This document shows positions 18,304-27,799 of a stretch of DNA of 64,000 nucleotides, piece after piece. Each line of letters begins with the position of its first letter. The stretch's first letter is position 1. A program made the translations under genes and the position numbers. Source of the DNA: Actinomycetota bacterium (GTDB lineage: Bacteria; Actinomycetota; Thermoleophilia; RBG-16-64-13); contig JADQBG010000010.1 of assembly GCA_016278725.1 (NCBI GenBank), forward strand, positions 112,229-176,228, in the 5' to 3' direction. A model generated the notes under the pieces. That model saw nothing but the letters and a program-made list of their open reading frames with translations, was not told the origin of the DNA and did not search any database.

Positions 18304-20550
18304 TTACCCTCTAGCCTCGGGGCGGCCGCCGGGGGGCCGGCGATCATGAGCCGGCGCCGGCCGGACTCCCCGCCCAGGCCCGTAATCGTCGGCGGCCATC
18401 AGCACCCGGTAGGCGAAGCGGGGAAGCGCCAGCTGACGCCGAAGCCGGGCGGGCTGGGTGACCAGGCGGTAGGCCCACTCCAGGCTGAGCCGGCGGAACG
18501 CCTCGGGGGCCCTGCGCACCCTTCCCGCCCAGACGTCGAAGCTTCCGCCCACGCCCAGAGCCACCGGCACCCCGAGTTCGCCGCGGTGCCGATGCAGGAA
18601 GAGCTCCTGCCGCGGAGCACCCAAGGCCACGAGAAGGATGTCTGCCCCCGAGCGCCGGACCTCCTCGACCACGGAGTCCTGCTCCTCCTCGCCAAAGTAG
18701 CCGTGACGCGCACCGGCCACGTCGAGCCCCGGGTAGCGCTGCCTCATGCGGGAGGCGGCGTCCGCGGCCACGCCGGGCGCCGCCCCCAAGAAGAAGACGG
18801 AAAGACCGTCTTCCGCCGCGCCTTCGAGAATGCGCTCCGCGAGTTCGATCCCCGGAACCCGCTCGACCCCCTCGACCCCCTGCATCCGGGCCGCCCAGAC
18901 GGCGCCCACCCCGTCGGGAAACCGCAGATCGGCTTCGGCCAGGGCGGAGGCGATGCGTTCGTCCTCCTGTGCCCGGACGAGCAGCTCCGGATTAAGGGAA
19001 ACCGCCAGCCTGGTGCGCTCCCACTGACCTTCGTCCGCGCACTCGAGGACCCACTCGGCGGCCTCTTCCAGGGTGACGCGGTGGGCGGCGAAGCCCAGGA
19101 TCGAAACCGAAGGCCAAACCGGTTCTTCCTCTCCCTCGCGCGCCGCGTTTTCCCGGCTTGCCGCCAGGAGTTCGTCCGAGGTCTCCGCGCGCAGTCTATG
19201 CAGGCTGCCCAGTCCCGGCCGGCCGGTTTGCCCCGTGGCCGGATCGCTTTGGCCGGTCCGGCCGCCTGGTTCCGCCGCACCCCCCACTTCCTGCGTTGTC
19301 TCCGGCGTGCCCGGTTCCTCGTCTCCATCCCACTCGAGCGACTGGCTCAAGCTCTGCCGGGCCCGCGAGTAGACATCCACGTAGTCACTCGCCGCTTTGA
19401 GGTGCGAGTGATTGGCGACCACGTAGTCGCGGGCGTTCGTGGCCAGCCGCTCGCGCAGGTTGGCATCCGCAGCCAAGCGCTCGATCGCCTGCGCGAGTGC
19501 GGCCGCATTCGCGTCGGGAACGAGCAGTCCGTTGACCCCGTGGCTCACCATTTCGGCAAGTCCGCCCACGGCCCCGGCGATCAAGGGGCGGCCGCTGGCC
19601 ATGGCTTCGAGTGCCGAAAGCGAGGTTGCCTCCTCCACTTTTTCCGAGTGCACCGAGGGGACCAGGACGATGTCGCACAACCGGTAGAGTTCCTCGATCT
19701 CCGCGCGGCCGAGGCCGCCGAGCAGCCTGACCTGCGCTTCCAGGCCCTGCTCGCGCACGATTTGCTCGATGGCCCCGCGCTCACCTCCGTCACCGGCATG
19801 CAGCAGCAGGTACTGCTCCCGCTCCGCCGGCTTCATCTCGGCCAGCGCCAGGGAGGGATAGATCACCCCGTTCTTCTTGACCAGGCGCCGCGGACAGAAG
19901 AGCACGGTCTTGTCCTCGGGAATGTCCCACTTGCGCCGCAGCTCCTCCCGGCCTTCCACGCTCGGGCTGAACGCCGATGTGTCGATGAAGTTCATCAGCG
20001 AGTAGGTGACGTCGGCCCTCTCGGGAACCAACCGCAGGACGTGACGGTAGAGCCGGCCGTCCACGGTCACGATGGCGTCCGCCAGACGAAGGGCCCGGAT
20101 CTCCGAACGCATCAGGTAGCGCCTTCCCAGGCGCGATCGGTTGGTATAACCCTCGGATACGGACTCGTAGAGCGGGTAACCATGGAGCGTCAGGACCAGG
20201 GGAACCCCGGCGCGGTCGGCCGCCGCCCGAAGCGCAGGCACCGAGTACACCTCCTGCGCATTGACCACCTGCCAATCGTGGCGGCGCAACTCCCGGTCGG
20301 CGAAGCCCGCCACCAGCCTTCCGCGAACCATTGCGGAGTAGACCATGCCCCAGCCGCGCCGCACTCGGTTGAGCGCCCCGGCGGCGTAGACCACCCCAAA
20401 CCGGCGCAGAGGCTCCGGTACCTGCTCGCCGAAATAGAGCACGTAGGGTTCGTGCCCCAGCTCCACCAGCCCGGCGGAGAGCATGTCCAGGTGCGTCGAG
20501 GTCCCGCCGATCTGGCCGGGATCCCGCATGGTGGGCAGGAGCACCTTCAC
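18304..20550 (-). CDS. Fusion of a GT4 glycosyltransferase and a WecB/TagA/CpsF ManNAc transferase
   Basis: N-terminal GT4 (TLHG, RL..KNG, E..S.SALEAMASG.P), acidic/Pro-rich linker, C-terminal TagA (SLNPE, PDGVG, ERVPGIEL, HGYF, LGAPRQE, GVGGSFD, LEWAYRL). Confidence 0.9.
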   Translation of the reverse strand: MKVLLPTMRDPGQIGGTSTHLDMLSAGLVELGHEPYVLYFGEQVPEPLRRFGVVYAAGALNRVRRGWGMVYSAMVRGRLVAGFADRELRRHDWQVVNAQEVYSVPALRAAADRAGVPLVLTLHGYPLYESVSEGYTNRSRLGRRYLMRSEIRALRLADAIVTVDGRLYRHVLRLVPERADVTYSLMNFIDTSAFSPSVEGREELRRKWDIPEDKTVLFCPRRLVKKNGVIYPSLALAEMKPAEREQYLLLHAGDGGERGAIEQIVREQGLEAQVRLLGGLGRAEIEELYRLCDIVLVPSVHSEKVEEATSLSALEAMASGRPLIAGAVGGLAEMVSHGVNGLLVPDANAAALAQAIERLAADANLRERLATNARDYVVANHSHLKAASDYVDVYSRARQSLSQSLEWDGDEEPGTPETTQEVGGAAEPGGRTGQSDPATGQTGRPGLGSLHRLRAETSDELLAASRENAAREGEEEPVWPSVSILGFAAHRVTLEEAAEWVLECADEGQWERTRLAVSLNPELLVRAQEDERIASALAEADLRFPDGVGAVWAARMQGVEGVERVPGIELAERILEGAAEDGLSVFFLGAAPGVAADAASRMRQRYPGLDVAGARHGYFGEEEQDSVVEEVRRSGADILLVALGAPRQELFLHRHRGELGVPVALGVGGSFDVWAGRVRRAPEAFRRLSLEWAYRLVTQPARLRRQLALPRFAYRVLMAADDYGPGRGVRPAPAHDRRPPGGRPEARG

Positions 20551-21761
20551 TAACGCCTCCCTCTTCTCGATTCCAGTATCATCGAACCGCTCCGGCGTGC
20601 GGCCCGCAGCGTCTCATCGACCAGCCGCGAGATATCCTCGACCCGGCCGTCCCAGCTGTTCTCACGCGCCAACTCCACCCGCTCTTGGCGCTTCCGGGGA
20701 GAATCCTCCTCCAGGGCACGATTCACCAGCCCCGGGTAATCGTCCGGGCTCTCGGCCAGATAGATCACGCCGCGATAGGGCTCCAGGGTGGGAAGGGCCG
20801 CGGCGACCACCGGGAGCCCGGCCGCCAGGTATTCGAAGAGCTTCAGGGGAAACATGTGCCGGGTGAGCTCGTTCAGTTGGTAGGGGATCAGGGCCACGTC
20901 CAGCCCCCGCAGGTAGGCGGGCAGTTCCTCCCGCGGCTTCCCGCCCAGAGAGTGCACCCGGGGGATGGCCTCGACCTCCTGCGCGGAAAGTTCTCCCCGC
21001 ACATACGGGCCGATCAGCACCAGCCTCCAGTCGGTGCCGGCCGCGGAGAGCGCGCGCAGCGCCTCCAGATCCAGGCGGGCATTGTGCACCCCCACGATCC
21101 CCAACCGGGGCCGGGCGATGGACGCGAGGTCCGCCGGTTCCGGCAAGGGCTCCCGGTAGGCCCGTTCAAAATGCTCGACGTCGGCCGCATTGGGGACGTG
21201 AAAGGTGCGCGGATTGAGCGGGCGCCGTTCTTCGCAGAGGCTGGAGGCGGTGGTGATCACCAGGTCCGCCCGGCGGGTCAAGGCGTCGTCGTAGGCGCGT
21301 ACGGTCTGCGGGTCGATAAGGCCGGGGAAGGCCGAGTGCTCGTCCACGCAGTGATAGACCGTCGCCTGAGGCCGCAGCCGGCTCAGCAGATGAATGCTCG
21401 TGGGCAGATAGGTCCAGAGCAGGTAGTCCCGCCAGCCCAGCCGCTTGAGCGCCCAACGGATATAGGAGCCCAGAACGGCTTGGTTCACCCGGTTGATCAC
21501 CGGCCTCATGTTACCGAAAGGAAAAAGCGGCGGCGGGGTCAGCACCCAGAGATTCTTCTCGGCCCGGCGCAGCCGCGGAACAAGCGCGGTCCATCGGCGC
21601 CAGCGCGCGGGCACTTTTAACGGGGCCAGCATGGTCACCGGCTCCTCGACGTAGAGGATGCGGTTGCCCTGAGCCAGCCGATGCATGATCTGCTGCTTGC
21701 TGGTCCAGGGCGCGTCCCAGTCGAGGGTGGAGACACATACTATAGAGTGGTTGCGAATCAT
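20550..21761 (-). CDS. Glycosyltransferase (GT-B fold, TuaH-like)
   Basis: W...WTSKQQI, VYHCVDE, VPNAAD and FPLKLFEYLAAGLPVV motifs. Confidence 0.88.
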   Translation of the reverse strand: MIRNHSIVCVSTLDWDAPWTSKQQIMHRLAQGNRILYVEEPVTMLAPLKVPARWRRWTALVPRLRRAEKNLWVLTPPPLFPFGNMRPVINRVNQAVLGSYIRWALKRLGWRDYLLWTYLPTSIHLLSRLRPQATVYHCVDEHSAFPGLIDPQTVRAYDDALTRRADLVITTASSLCEERRPLNPRTFHVPNAADVEHFERAYREPLPEPADLASIARPRLGIVGVHNARLDLEALRALSAAGTDWRLVLIGPYVRGELSAQEVEAIPRVHSLGGKPREELPAYLRGLDVALIPYQLNELTRHMFPLKLFEYLAAGLPVVAAALPTLEPYRGVIYLAESPDDYPGLVNRALEEDSPRKRQERVELARENSWDGRVEDISRLVDETLRAARRSGSMILESRRGRR

Positions 21762-22954
21762 CGCGGCGTTCCTCCCGCGGCCTGCTCGTAGACGGCCGTG
21801 GTTTGGTCCAGCCAGCGCTCCACGGTAAAGCGCCGCCGGGCCTGGCGAGCGGCCTCAGCGCCCAGCCGCTCCCGGCGCCCGCGTTCGGCCAACAGGCTCT
21901 CCAGCTCTCGGGCCAGGTCCGCGGGCCGATCACCCCGTACCACCACACCGCTCTTTCCGTCGGCCACCAGTTCGGGCAGGCTCCCTGCCTGCGAGACCAC
22001 TACCGGCAGTCCCGCGCTCATCGCTTCCACCACGGTGAGACCGAAGCCCTCGGCCCGCGAAGGCTGCACGAAGATATCCATGCCGGCGAGCGCCCGGTTC
22101 ACCTTGGGAGCATAACCCGGCAGCCGAACCCGATCCCCCAGACCGAGTTCTTCGATCAACTTTTCGAGACTCGCACGCTCCTCTCCTTCGCCCCAGATGA
22201 TCAGTTCGACCGAGGGCGGGTGCGAGATCAGCGGCAGGGCCCTTATCAAAAGGTCGAAGCCCTTGGTGTGGTGCAGGCGGCCGATCGAACCCAGGACCGG
22301 GGGCCGCTCAGAAGCCGCCGCGTCCTCATCCGGCGACGTCCGTTGGGACGCCACGCCCGGGCGGCTCGTGCCGGTGGAGACGATGGAGTGAGGTTCAATC
22401 CCGTGATAGACGACCGAGATCCGCTCCGCGGGCACACCCCGGGAGAGCAGACGGCGGCGCAGGTATTCTGAGGGCACCAGATAGTGCGCCGTTCGCCCCG
22501 CCAGCATCCGATCGACCAGCGAGAAGGCGAGCCGGCGCGCGGTTCCCGGATAATCGAAGCTCAGGTCGCTGTGCACCGTGGCCATGTGAGGCAGGCCGCA
22601 GACCCGCGCAGCCGCCCGCGCGTAGAAATTGGCGACCACCCCTTGGCTGGCGATCAGGTCGGCGCCTTCGGAGCGAGCCACCTCGGCGATGGCGGCGGGA
22701 GCGCGGGGGGCAACGCGCGAGGCCTCGAGGACCACCACGGGCTCGCCCATCTCCCGGAGCCGCGCGGTGAGGTCCCATTCGCCCATGCTGACCAGCAGCA
22801 GACGAAGCCGGGAGCGGTCGTAACCAAGAAACAAGCTTTCGAGGTAGGCCTCGGCCCCGCCGGGAAAGCGGGCGCCGCTATAGACCACGAGCGCTGTCGG
22901 CGGAGCCGCGCCCTGTCTCTCGGTCTCTAATCTCTGTCTCTCGGTTTCGTCCAT
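21758..22954 (-). CDS. GT4 family glycosyltransferase
   Basis: GGAE, GRL..KG and PS.AEGFGLTVVEAMSAGLPVV motifs. Confidence 0.9.
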   Translation of the reverse strand: MDETERQRLETERQGAAPPTALVVYSGARFPGGAEAYLESLFLGYDRSRLRLLLVSMGEWDLTARLREMGEPVVVLEASRVAPRAPAAIAEVARSEGADLIASQGVVANFYARAAARVCGLPHMATVHSDLSFDYPGTARRLAFSLVDRMLAGRTAHYLVPSEYLRRRLLSRGVPAERISVVYHGIEPHSIVSTGTSRPGVASQRTSPDEDAAASERPPVLGSIGRLHHTKGFDLLIRALPLISHPPSVELIIWGEGEERASLEKLIEELGLGDRVRLPGYAPKVNRALAGMDIFVQPSRAEGFGLTVVEAMSAGLPVVVSQAGSLPELVADGKSGVVVRGDRPADLARELESLLAERGRRERLGAEAARQARRRFTVERWLDQTTAVYEQAAGGTPR

Positions 22955-24934
22955 CTAGACGTGACCTTCCCGCTCGATGGGCCCTGCGGCAGCCCTCGGC
23001 TCGCCGGAACCGCCGGCCGCCAGACCGGTGAGGAACCAGAAGCCGGCACCCACCACCAGGGTCTCCCACACCCCCGCGGTCACGTTGGCCACCGCCACAG
23101 CGACGAAGGCGCCAAACACCCCGGCGGCAAAGGCGCGCATCCAGGGATCCGGCTCGTACAGATAGGCTGCGACCAGGCTCTTCGCAGCACGCAGGAGCAA
23201 CCAGAGAAACGCCACCAGCAAGATCAGCCCGCCCTCGGCCCCGAGTTGCAGGTAGAAGTTGTCCACCCAGAGCCGGCCGTAGCCCCAGAGGACCGCGCTC
23301 GTTCCGCCAAAGGTGCCCAGACCCACCCCGAACCAGGGGTTCTGGACGATGTGTCCCAAAGACACGTTCCACATGAGCAGGCGGCCGGCCACCAGGCTCT
23401 TATTGATGTAGGCGCTGCTGAAGGCAAAAGTCAGGCGATCGATGACTGCGGCGGGCAGGAAAACCGGGGCAACCAGCGCCCCGGCCACCAGCGCCCCGAA
23501 GAAGCGCCGGTAGGCCAGAACCGCCATGGCGACCACGCCGGCGATCAGCCCCAGCCAGGACCCGCGGCTGAAGGTCACCCCCACGCCCGCGGTCAGCGTG
23601 AGGGTCAGCAGGCCGAGCAGGAGGAAGTGCCGGGGACGGCGGGTGGCCAGCGTCAACGAAGCCGAAACCAGGGTGCCGAGCAAGAGGAACGCGGCCAGAC
23701 CGTTGGGGTTCTCGATAATGGAGTAGGCCCGAGTGCCGAAGCTCTGCTCCTGCCGGTCGACCCAACTCTGCGGCATGGGCGCGTCGGTGGCGAACTGGAA
23801 GAGACCGTGAAGCGCCATCGCCAAGGCCGCTGCTAGAAATACGCCGACGGCCAACTTGACCCAGCGTCGGTCGCGGGGGAGCAGGTAGCCCAAATAGAAG
23901 AAGAGCAACGGTTGAAAGGTGATCCGCAGCCCAAAGAGCGCGGGCCCCGGCGGCACCTCGTTCATCGCCACGGAGCCCAGGGCGGCCACGAAGGCGACCA
24001 GGAGCGGCACAGTGATGGGCACCGTGCGCAGCTGCACCCTGCCCGCCAGGAAGACCGAGAAGAGCAGGGCGCTCAGCGCCCCCAGCAATAAGAGCTCGTC
24101 CCACATGGGCGCCAGCGCTCCCAAGGCGTTCCGAGCGGCAAAATCCAGCCAAGGGAAGGCGGCCAGGATCAAGAGAATAGCCTCCGGCCGGAAGAGCGCG
24201 AAGGCGGCGACTCCCAGAGCCAGCGCGCCCCCAATGATGACAACCGAGGACAGCCCTCCCGCCGCTCCGGCGAGGCCCCCAATCAGCAGACTCAATCCGG
24301 CTGTGAGGGTCTTAGCCAGAGGATGGCCCTGCCAGCCTTGGGACGGAGCCGGGGTCGCCGCTCCCCGGTCGAGACCCAGGATGCTGAGAGCGAGAGAAAC
24401 CGAGCGCGGATGCGACGACGCGCCGCCCGACAGGCCCAGAGCCGCGGCCCCACCCCAGACAAGCACCAAGCCCAAGAACAGCAGGCCCGCCCAGCCCAAC
24501 GCCGCCCCGAGTTCGGTCAACTCCACCCGGGCATCCGTGATCCAGATGAATAGCAGCCGGCCAAGACCGCCGAGACCCGCTCCCCCAAGTAGAAAGCCCA
24601 CAATCCGCAGCCATCCCGCGGCCCCCAAGACGGAGCGCCCGCTATCGAGGGAGATCTGATCGACCGCCCGGCCCAGAGTCCCACGGCTGCCCCGGTAGAG
24701 CAGGCGGTAGGGAGCGGCGATCACCCAGAAGGTGAGCGGCCCGCCCGGCTCATGCAGGCTGCGGCTGCGGACTGAATCCAGGTTGAAGATCACGCTGCCG
24801 GCAAGCGCCGCCTGCAAGTGCAGCCAAAGCCAAGTGAGACTGCGGCCAAAGAAAGAGTTGGCCCAAGAGCGAACGAGAGAGCCGTAGGCCCGACCGGCCC
24901 ACCGAAGTGAGAGGGATTCTCGGTAGAGCTCCAT
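22955..24934 (-). CDS. O-antigen ligase/polymerase (Wzy_C) family membrane protein with long N-terminal extension
   Basis: RAYS..ENPN.LA, TFSRGSWLG, PWFGVGLGTF and DNFYLQLGAEGG motifs. Confidence 0.85.
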   Translation of the reverse strand: MELYRESLSLRWAGRAYGSLVRSWANSFFGRSLTWLWLHLQAALAGSVIFNLDSVRSRSLHEPGGPLTFWVIAAPYRLLYRGSRGTLGRAVDQISLDSGRSVLGAAGWLRIVGFLLGGAGLGGLGRLLFIWITDARVELTELGAALGWAGLLFLGLVLVWGGAAALGLSGGASSHPRSVSLALSILGLDRGAATPAPSQGWQGHPLAKTLTAGLSLLIGGLAGAAGGLSSVVIIGGALALGVAAFALFRPEAILLILAAFPWLDFAARNALGALAPMWDELLLLGALSALLFSVFLAGRVQLRTVPITVPLLVAFVAALGSVAMNEVPPGPALFGLRITFQPLLFFYLGYLLPRDRRWVKLAVGVFLAAALAMALHGLFQFATDAPMPQSWVDRQEQSFGTRAYSIIENPNGLAAFLLLGTLVSASLTLATRRPRHFLLLGLLTLTLTAGVGVTFSRGSWLGLIAGVVAMAVLAYRRFFGALVAGALVAPVFLPAAVIDRLTFAFSSAYINKSLVAGRLLMWNVSLGHIVQNPWFGVGLGTFGGTSAVLWGYGRLWVDNFYLQLGAEGGLILLVAFLWLLLRAAKSLVAAYLYEPDPWMRAFAAGVFGAFVAVAVANVTAGVWETLVVGAGFWFLTGLAAGGSGEPRAAAGPIEREGHV

Positions 24935-24943
24935 GCTCCGGCC

Positions 24944-25432
24944 TTAAGAGGCCCCGGCCACCTCGATCTTGGTAATCGCCGCGCGCACCGAAAATCCGGG
25001 GCCTTTGACCACCAGTTGCCGTCCGACCTCTAGGGGGATGCTGCCGATGGCGTACTGCGAATCCGACACCTGCCCTTGGCCCTCAACCGTGAAGTCGATG
25101 TCGCGATAGAGCGTCGAATCTTTTGGCCCCACCACCTCGCCGGTCTGCTCATTGAGGAACTCCACTTGAGTGGGGTAGTCGTCCGTCCACTGGATGGTGC
25201 CGAGCACGGTTCCGGTTTCGTCGCGCACCTGGTCGCCCACCTCGATCTCGTAGATCGTGACATCGCGCACCTGTTCCACCTTGAAGGTGGTGATCAGGGT
25301 TTCCTCGTCCCCGGTCCCGGCGACGAAGCGCACGTAGGCAAAAGCGACAAGCGCAATCAGCGCAAGCACCACCAGTAGATCGACCAGATTGACCCAGCCG
25401 AACAGCCGACCGCGGTTATCGATGAAAGCCAT
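24944..25432 (-). CDS. DUF4330 family protein
   Basis: True start probably MAFIDNRGRLFGWVNLVD (ATG at 25432), the typical DUF4330 N-terminus. The track's longer ORF overlaps wecB antisense. Confidence 0.8.
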   Translation of the reverse strand: MAFIDNRGRLFGWVNLVDLLVVLALIALVAFAYVRFVAGTGDEETLITTFKVEQVRDVTIYEIEVGDQVRDETGTVLGTIQWTDDYPTQVEFLNEQTGEVVGPKDSTLYRDIDFTVEGQGQVSDSQYAIGSIPLEVGRQLVVKGPGFSVRAAITKIEVAGAS

Positions 25433-25549
25433 GGAAGGAACCTCACAAGAAAGCGGGAAAAGAGCAACAATAAGACAGCCTGGGATTCTATCCGAAACAC
25501 CGGGGGACTGTAATCCCCCGCAAAAAGCGCCAAGCGAAAGGCTAGGACC

Positions 25550-26710
25550 ATGACCCGGACCCTCTTCGTGAGCTTCGGCACGCGGCCCGAGGCGATCAAG
25601 ATGGCGCCCGTGGTGCAGGAACTCCACCGGCGCGAGCACTTTCACGTGATCACCTGCCTCACCGGGCAGCACCGGGAGATGCTCGATCAAGTAGTCGAGA
25701 CCTTCGGCCTGCCGGTCGACCACGACCTGGACGTCATGCGCCGCACTCAGTCGCTGACGCACATCACCTCTGCCGTGCTCCAGGGCCTCGAGCCGCTCCT
25801 GGTCGAGCGGGGCGCCGACATGGTGCTGGTTCACGGGGATACCACCACCACTTTCGCCACCGCGCTGGCGGCCTTCTACCACCAGATTCCGGTGGCCCAC
25901 GTCGAGGCGGGGCTGCGCACCGACACCCTCTACAATCCCTATCCCGAAGAGGCCAACCGCCGGCTCACCGACCGTCTGGCGGAACTGCTCTTCGCTCCCA
26001 CGCCCGCAGCCAGGGAGTCCTTGCTCGCCGAAGGCTCGCCGGACGAAGGGGTTCTGGTCACCGGCAACACCGTGATCGACGCATTAATGGCAACCGCCGA
26101 AAAGGACCCTCCTCAGTGGGAGCCGCAGATCAGGGAAGCGCTCTCCCGGCCGGGCAAGAAGATCCTGGTCACCGTCCACCGGCGGGAGAGCTGGGGCGTG
26201 CCCATGCAGTCCATAGCCCGGGCCATCCGCGAAACCTGCGAGCGCCACGAGGACGTCACCTTCATCTTCCCCATCCACCTCAATCCGGTGGTGCGGGAAA
26301 CTTTCAGGGGGATTTTGGGAGGCCTGCGGGGCGTGGTTTTCACCGATCCGCTGTCCTATCGCCCCTTCGTCCACCTGATGAAGACGGTCGACCTCGTGAT
26401 CACCGACTCCGGCGGGATCCAGGAGGAGGCCCCCACCCTGGGCAAACCGGTGCTAGTGATGCGAGACACCACCGAAAGACCCGAAGGCATCGACGCCGGA
26501 ACCGCGCGCTTGGTGGGAACGGACACCCAAGCGATAGCCGCCGCCCTCTCGGAGTTACTGACCGACCAGACGGCCTACTCCCGGATGGCCAACGCCGTCA
26601 ATCCATATGGAGACGGCAAAGCTTCGGCCCGGATAGCCGATCAGCTCGAGTACTTCTTCGGATATCGCCAGGAGCCGGCCGAGGCGTTCGGCCCACCGGC
26701 CGAGAAATAG
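25550..26710 (+). CDS. wecB: UDP-N-acetylglucosamine 2-epimerase (non-hydrolysing, MnaA/WecB)
   Basis: FGTRPEAIKMAP, TGQHREML, VHGDT, HVEAGLR, PEEANR, TVHRRE, DSGGIQEE and RPEG motifs. Confidence 0.96.
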   Translation: MTRTLFVSFGTRPEAIKMAPVVQELHRREHFHVITCLTGQHREMLDQVVETFGLPVDHDLDVMRRTQSLTHITSAVLQGLEPLLVERGADMVLVHGDTTTTFATALAAFYHQIPVAHVEAGLRTDTLYNPYPEEANRRLTDRLAELLFAPTPAARESLLAEGSPDEGVLVTGNTVIDALMATAEKDPPQWEPQIREALSRPGKKILVTVHRRESWGVPMQSIARAIRETCERHEDVTFIFPIHLNPVVRETFRGILGGLRGVVFTDPLSYRPFVHLMKTVDLVITDSGGIQEEAPTLGKPVLVMRDTTERPEGIDAGTARLVGTDTQAIAAALSELLTDQTAYSRMANAVNPYGDGKASARIADQLEYFFGYRQEPAEAFGPPAEK

Positions 26711-26908
26711 TTCCTGCAAACTGCGGCCTCGAGAATTGTCGGTCTTTACTTTGGCCGAGGCTTGTTCCATAGTGTGTGAACGAGATTGCAAGGCCACGCG
26801 AGCTTGAAACCCCCGCCAAGGGTTTGCCTGCTCTCAGCGGATTTTGTACGCTAAGAGAAGCAAGCGCGGCTTTTGAGGAGAAGGAGAAAGAACGGGAGGC
26901 TTGGGTTG

Positions 26909-27799
26909 ATGCCCTCCGGCCCCGCCGGTAACGGCGAGAGAGCGCGTGGTTTAGGGCTCTCTCGCTTCGTGCTGCTCGCGCTGCTTGCGCTGGCCCTGGC
27001 GCTGACGGCTGCCGTTTTGACGGGTTGCACCGAGGCGGATTCCGGAGCCACTCCGGACGAGACCCAGGATTCAGCCGCGCCCAATGGAGATACGACCGCG
27101 CCCGAAGCCACCGACGCCCAACCCGTCACCTCCGAGGACGACGGGTCAGGGGCCCTCGATGAGAACGCGCCGACCACGGCCGCTTCGGGCTCGCCGGATA
27201 CCCCGGCCACCGCCGGGAGGACTCAGGCCAGGCGTTTGGCCCCGTCCGAGGGCCGCTTTGCCGTCTGCGCCGACTGCCACGCCTTCTTCGACCCACCGGG
27301 AAAACCGCCCGCTACACTCAAGGCGAATTTCTCGCACGAAGCGCACCTCGAGTACGGCGCGGAGTGCGAATCCTGCCATGTGCGCCCCGCACACACCCGT
27401 GAGGGCATCAATAGACCGCAGATGCTCACCTGCTTCGACTGTCACGGGCTCTCCGCGGAGGCGCGCGCCCCGGGAGAGTGCGAGACCTGCCACCCTGCCG
27501 ACTTCGATCTGGTGCCGGCCAGCCACACCCCGGAATTCGTGGAGGAGCAGCACCCGCAGGTGGCCGAGAAGGAGAGCCGCGATTACTGCGCCCTCTGCCA
27601 CGAGGGCGGACCGGAAGATCTGTGCATGACCTGCCACGGGCTCGCGATGCCGCATCCGGCTGATTTCCTGCCGTCTGCACAAGGTATCGGCGGGCACGTG
27701 GACGCCGCCCATGACCAGGGCGAGCTATGCACGCGCTGCCACGATATCCGCAAGGATCCGCCGGCCGCGTGTTACGGGTCGGAGTGCCATGGCAGTTAG
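26909..27799 (+). CDS. Lipoprotein multiheme cytochrome c (7 CxxCH + 1 CX4CH)
   Basis: GGGAGG RBS before ATG 26909. Lipobox LTG-C. T/A/D/P-rich linker. CADCH, CESCH, CFDCH, CETCH, CALCH, CMTCH, CTRCH, CYGSECH. FSHxxH motif resembling c3/c7 cytochromes. Confidence 0.9.
   Translation: MPSGPAGNGERARGLGLSRFVLLALLALALALTAAVLTGCTEADSGATPDETQDSAAPNGDTTAPEATDAQPVTSEDDGSGALDENAPTTAASGSPDTPATAGRTQARRLAPSEGRFAVCADCHAFFDPPGKPPATLKANFSHEAHLEYGAECESCHVRPAHTREGINRPQMLTCFDCHGLSAEARAPGECETCHPADFDLVPASHTPEFVEEQHPQVAEKESRDYCALCHEGGPEDLCMTCHGLAMPHPADFLPSAQGIGGHVDAAHDQGELCTRCHDIRKDPPAACYGSECHGS

Noticed and set aside
15877..20553. Long plus-strand ORFs (646 and 898 aa) and similar antisense ORFs at 10372, 27807, 45127, 57831 and 60797
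   Set aside because: They are shadow frames opposite well-supported genes, as expected in high-GC DNA, and show no recognisable motifs.
26770..26792. Rex/Crp-type redox operator upstream of the cytochrome operon (GTGTGAA-N4-ATTGCAA), and TTCACAA half-sites at about 53222 and 60002
   Set aside because: Palindromy is poor and only half-sites match.
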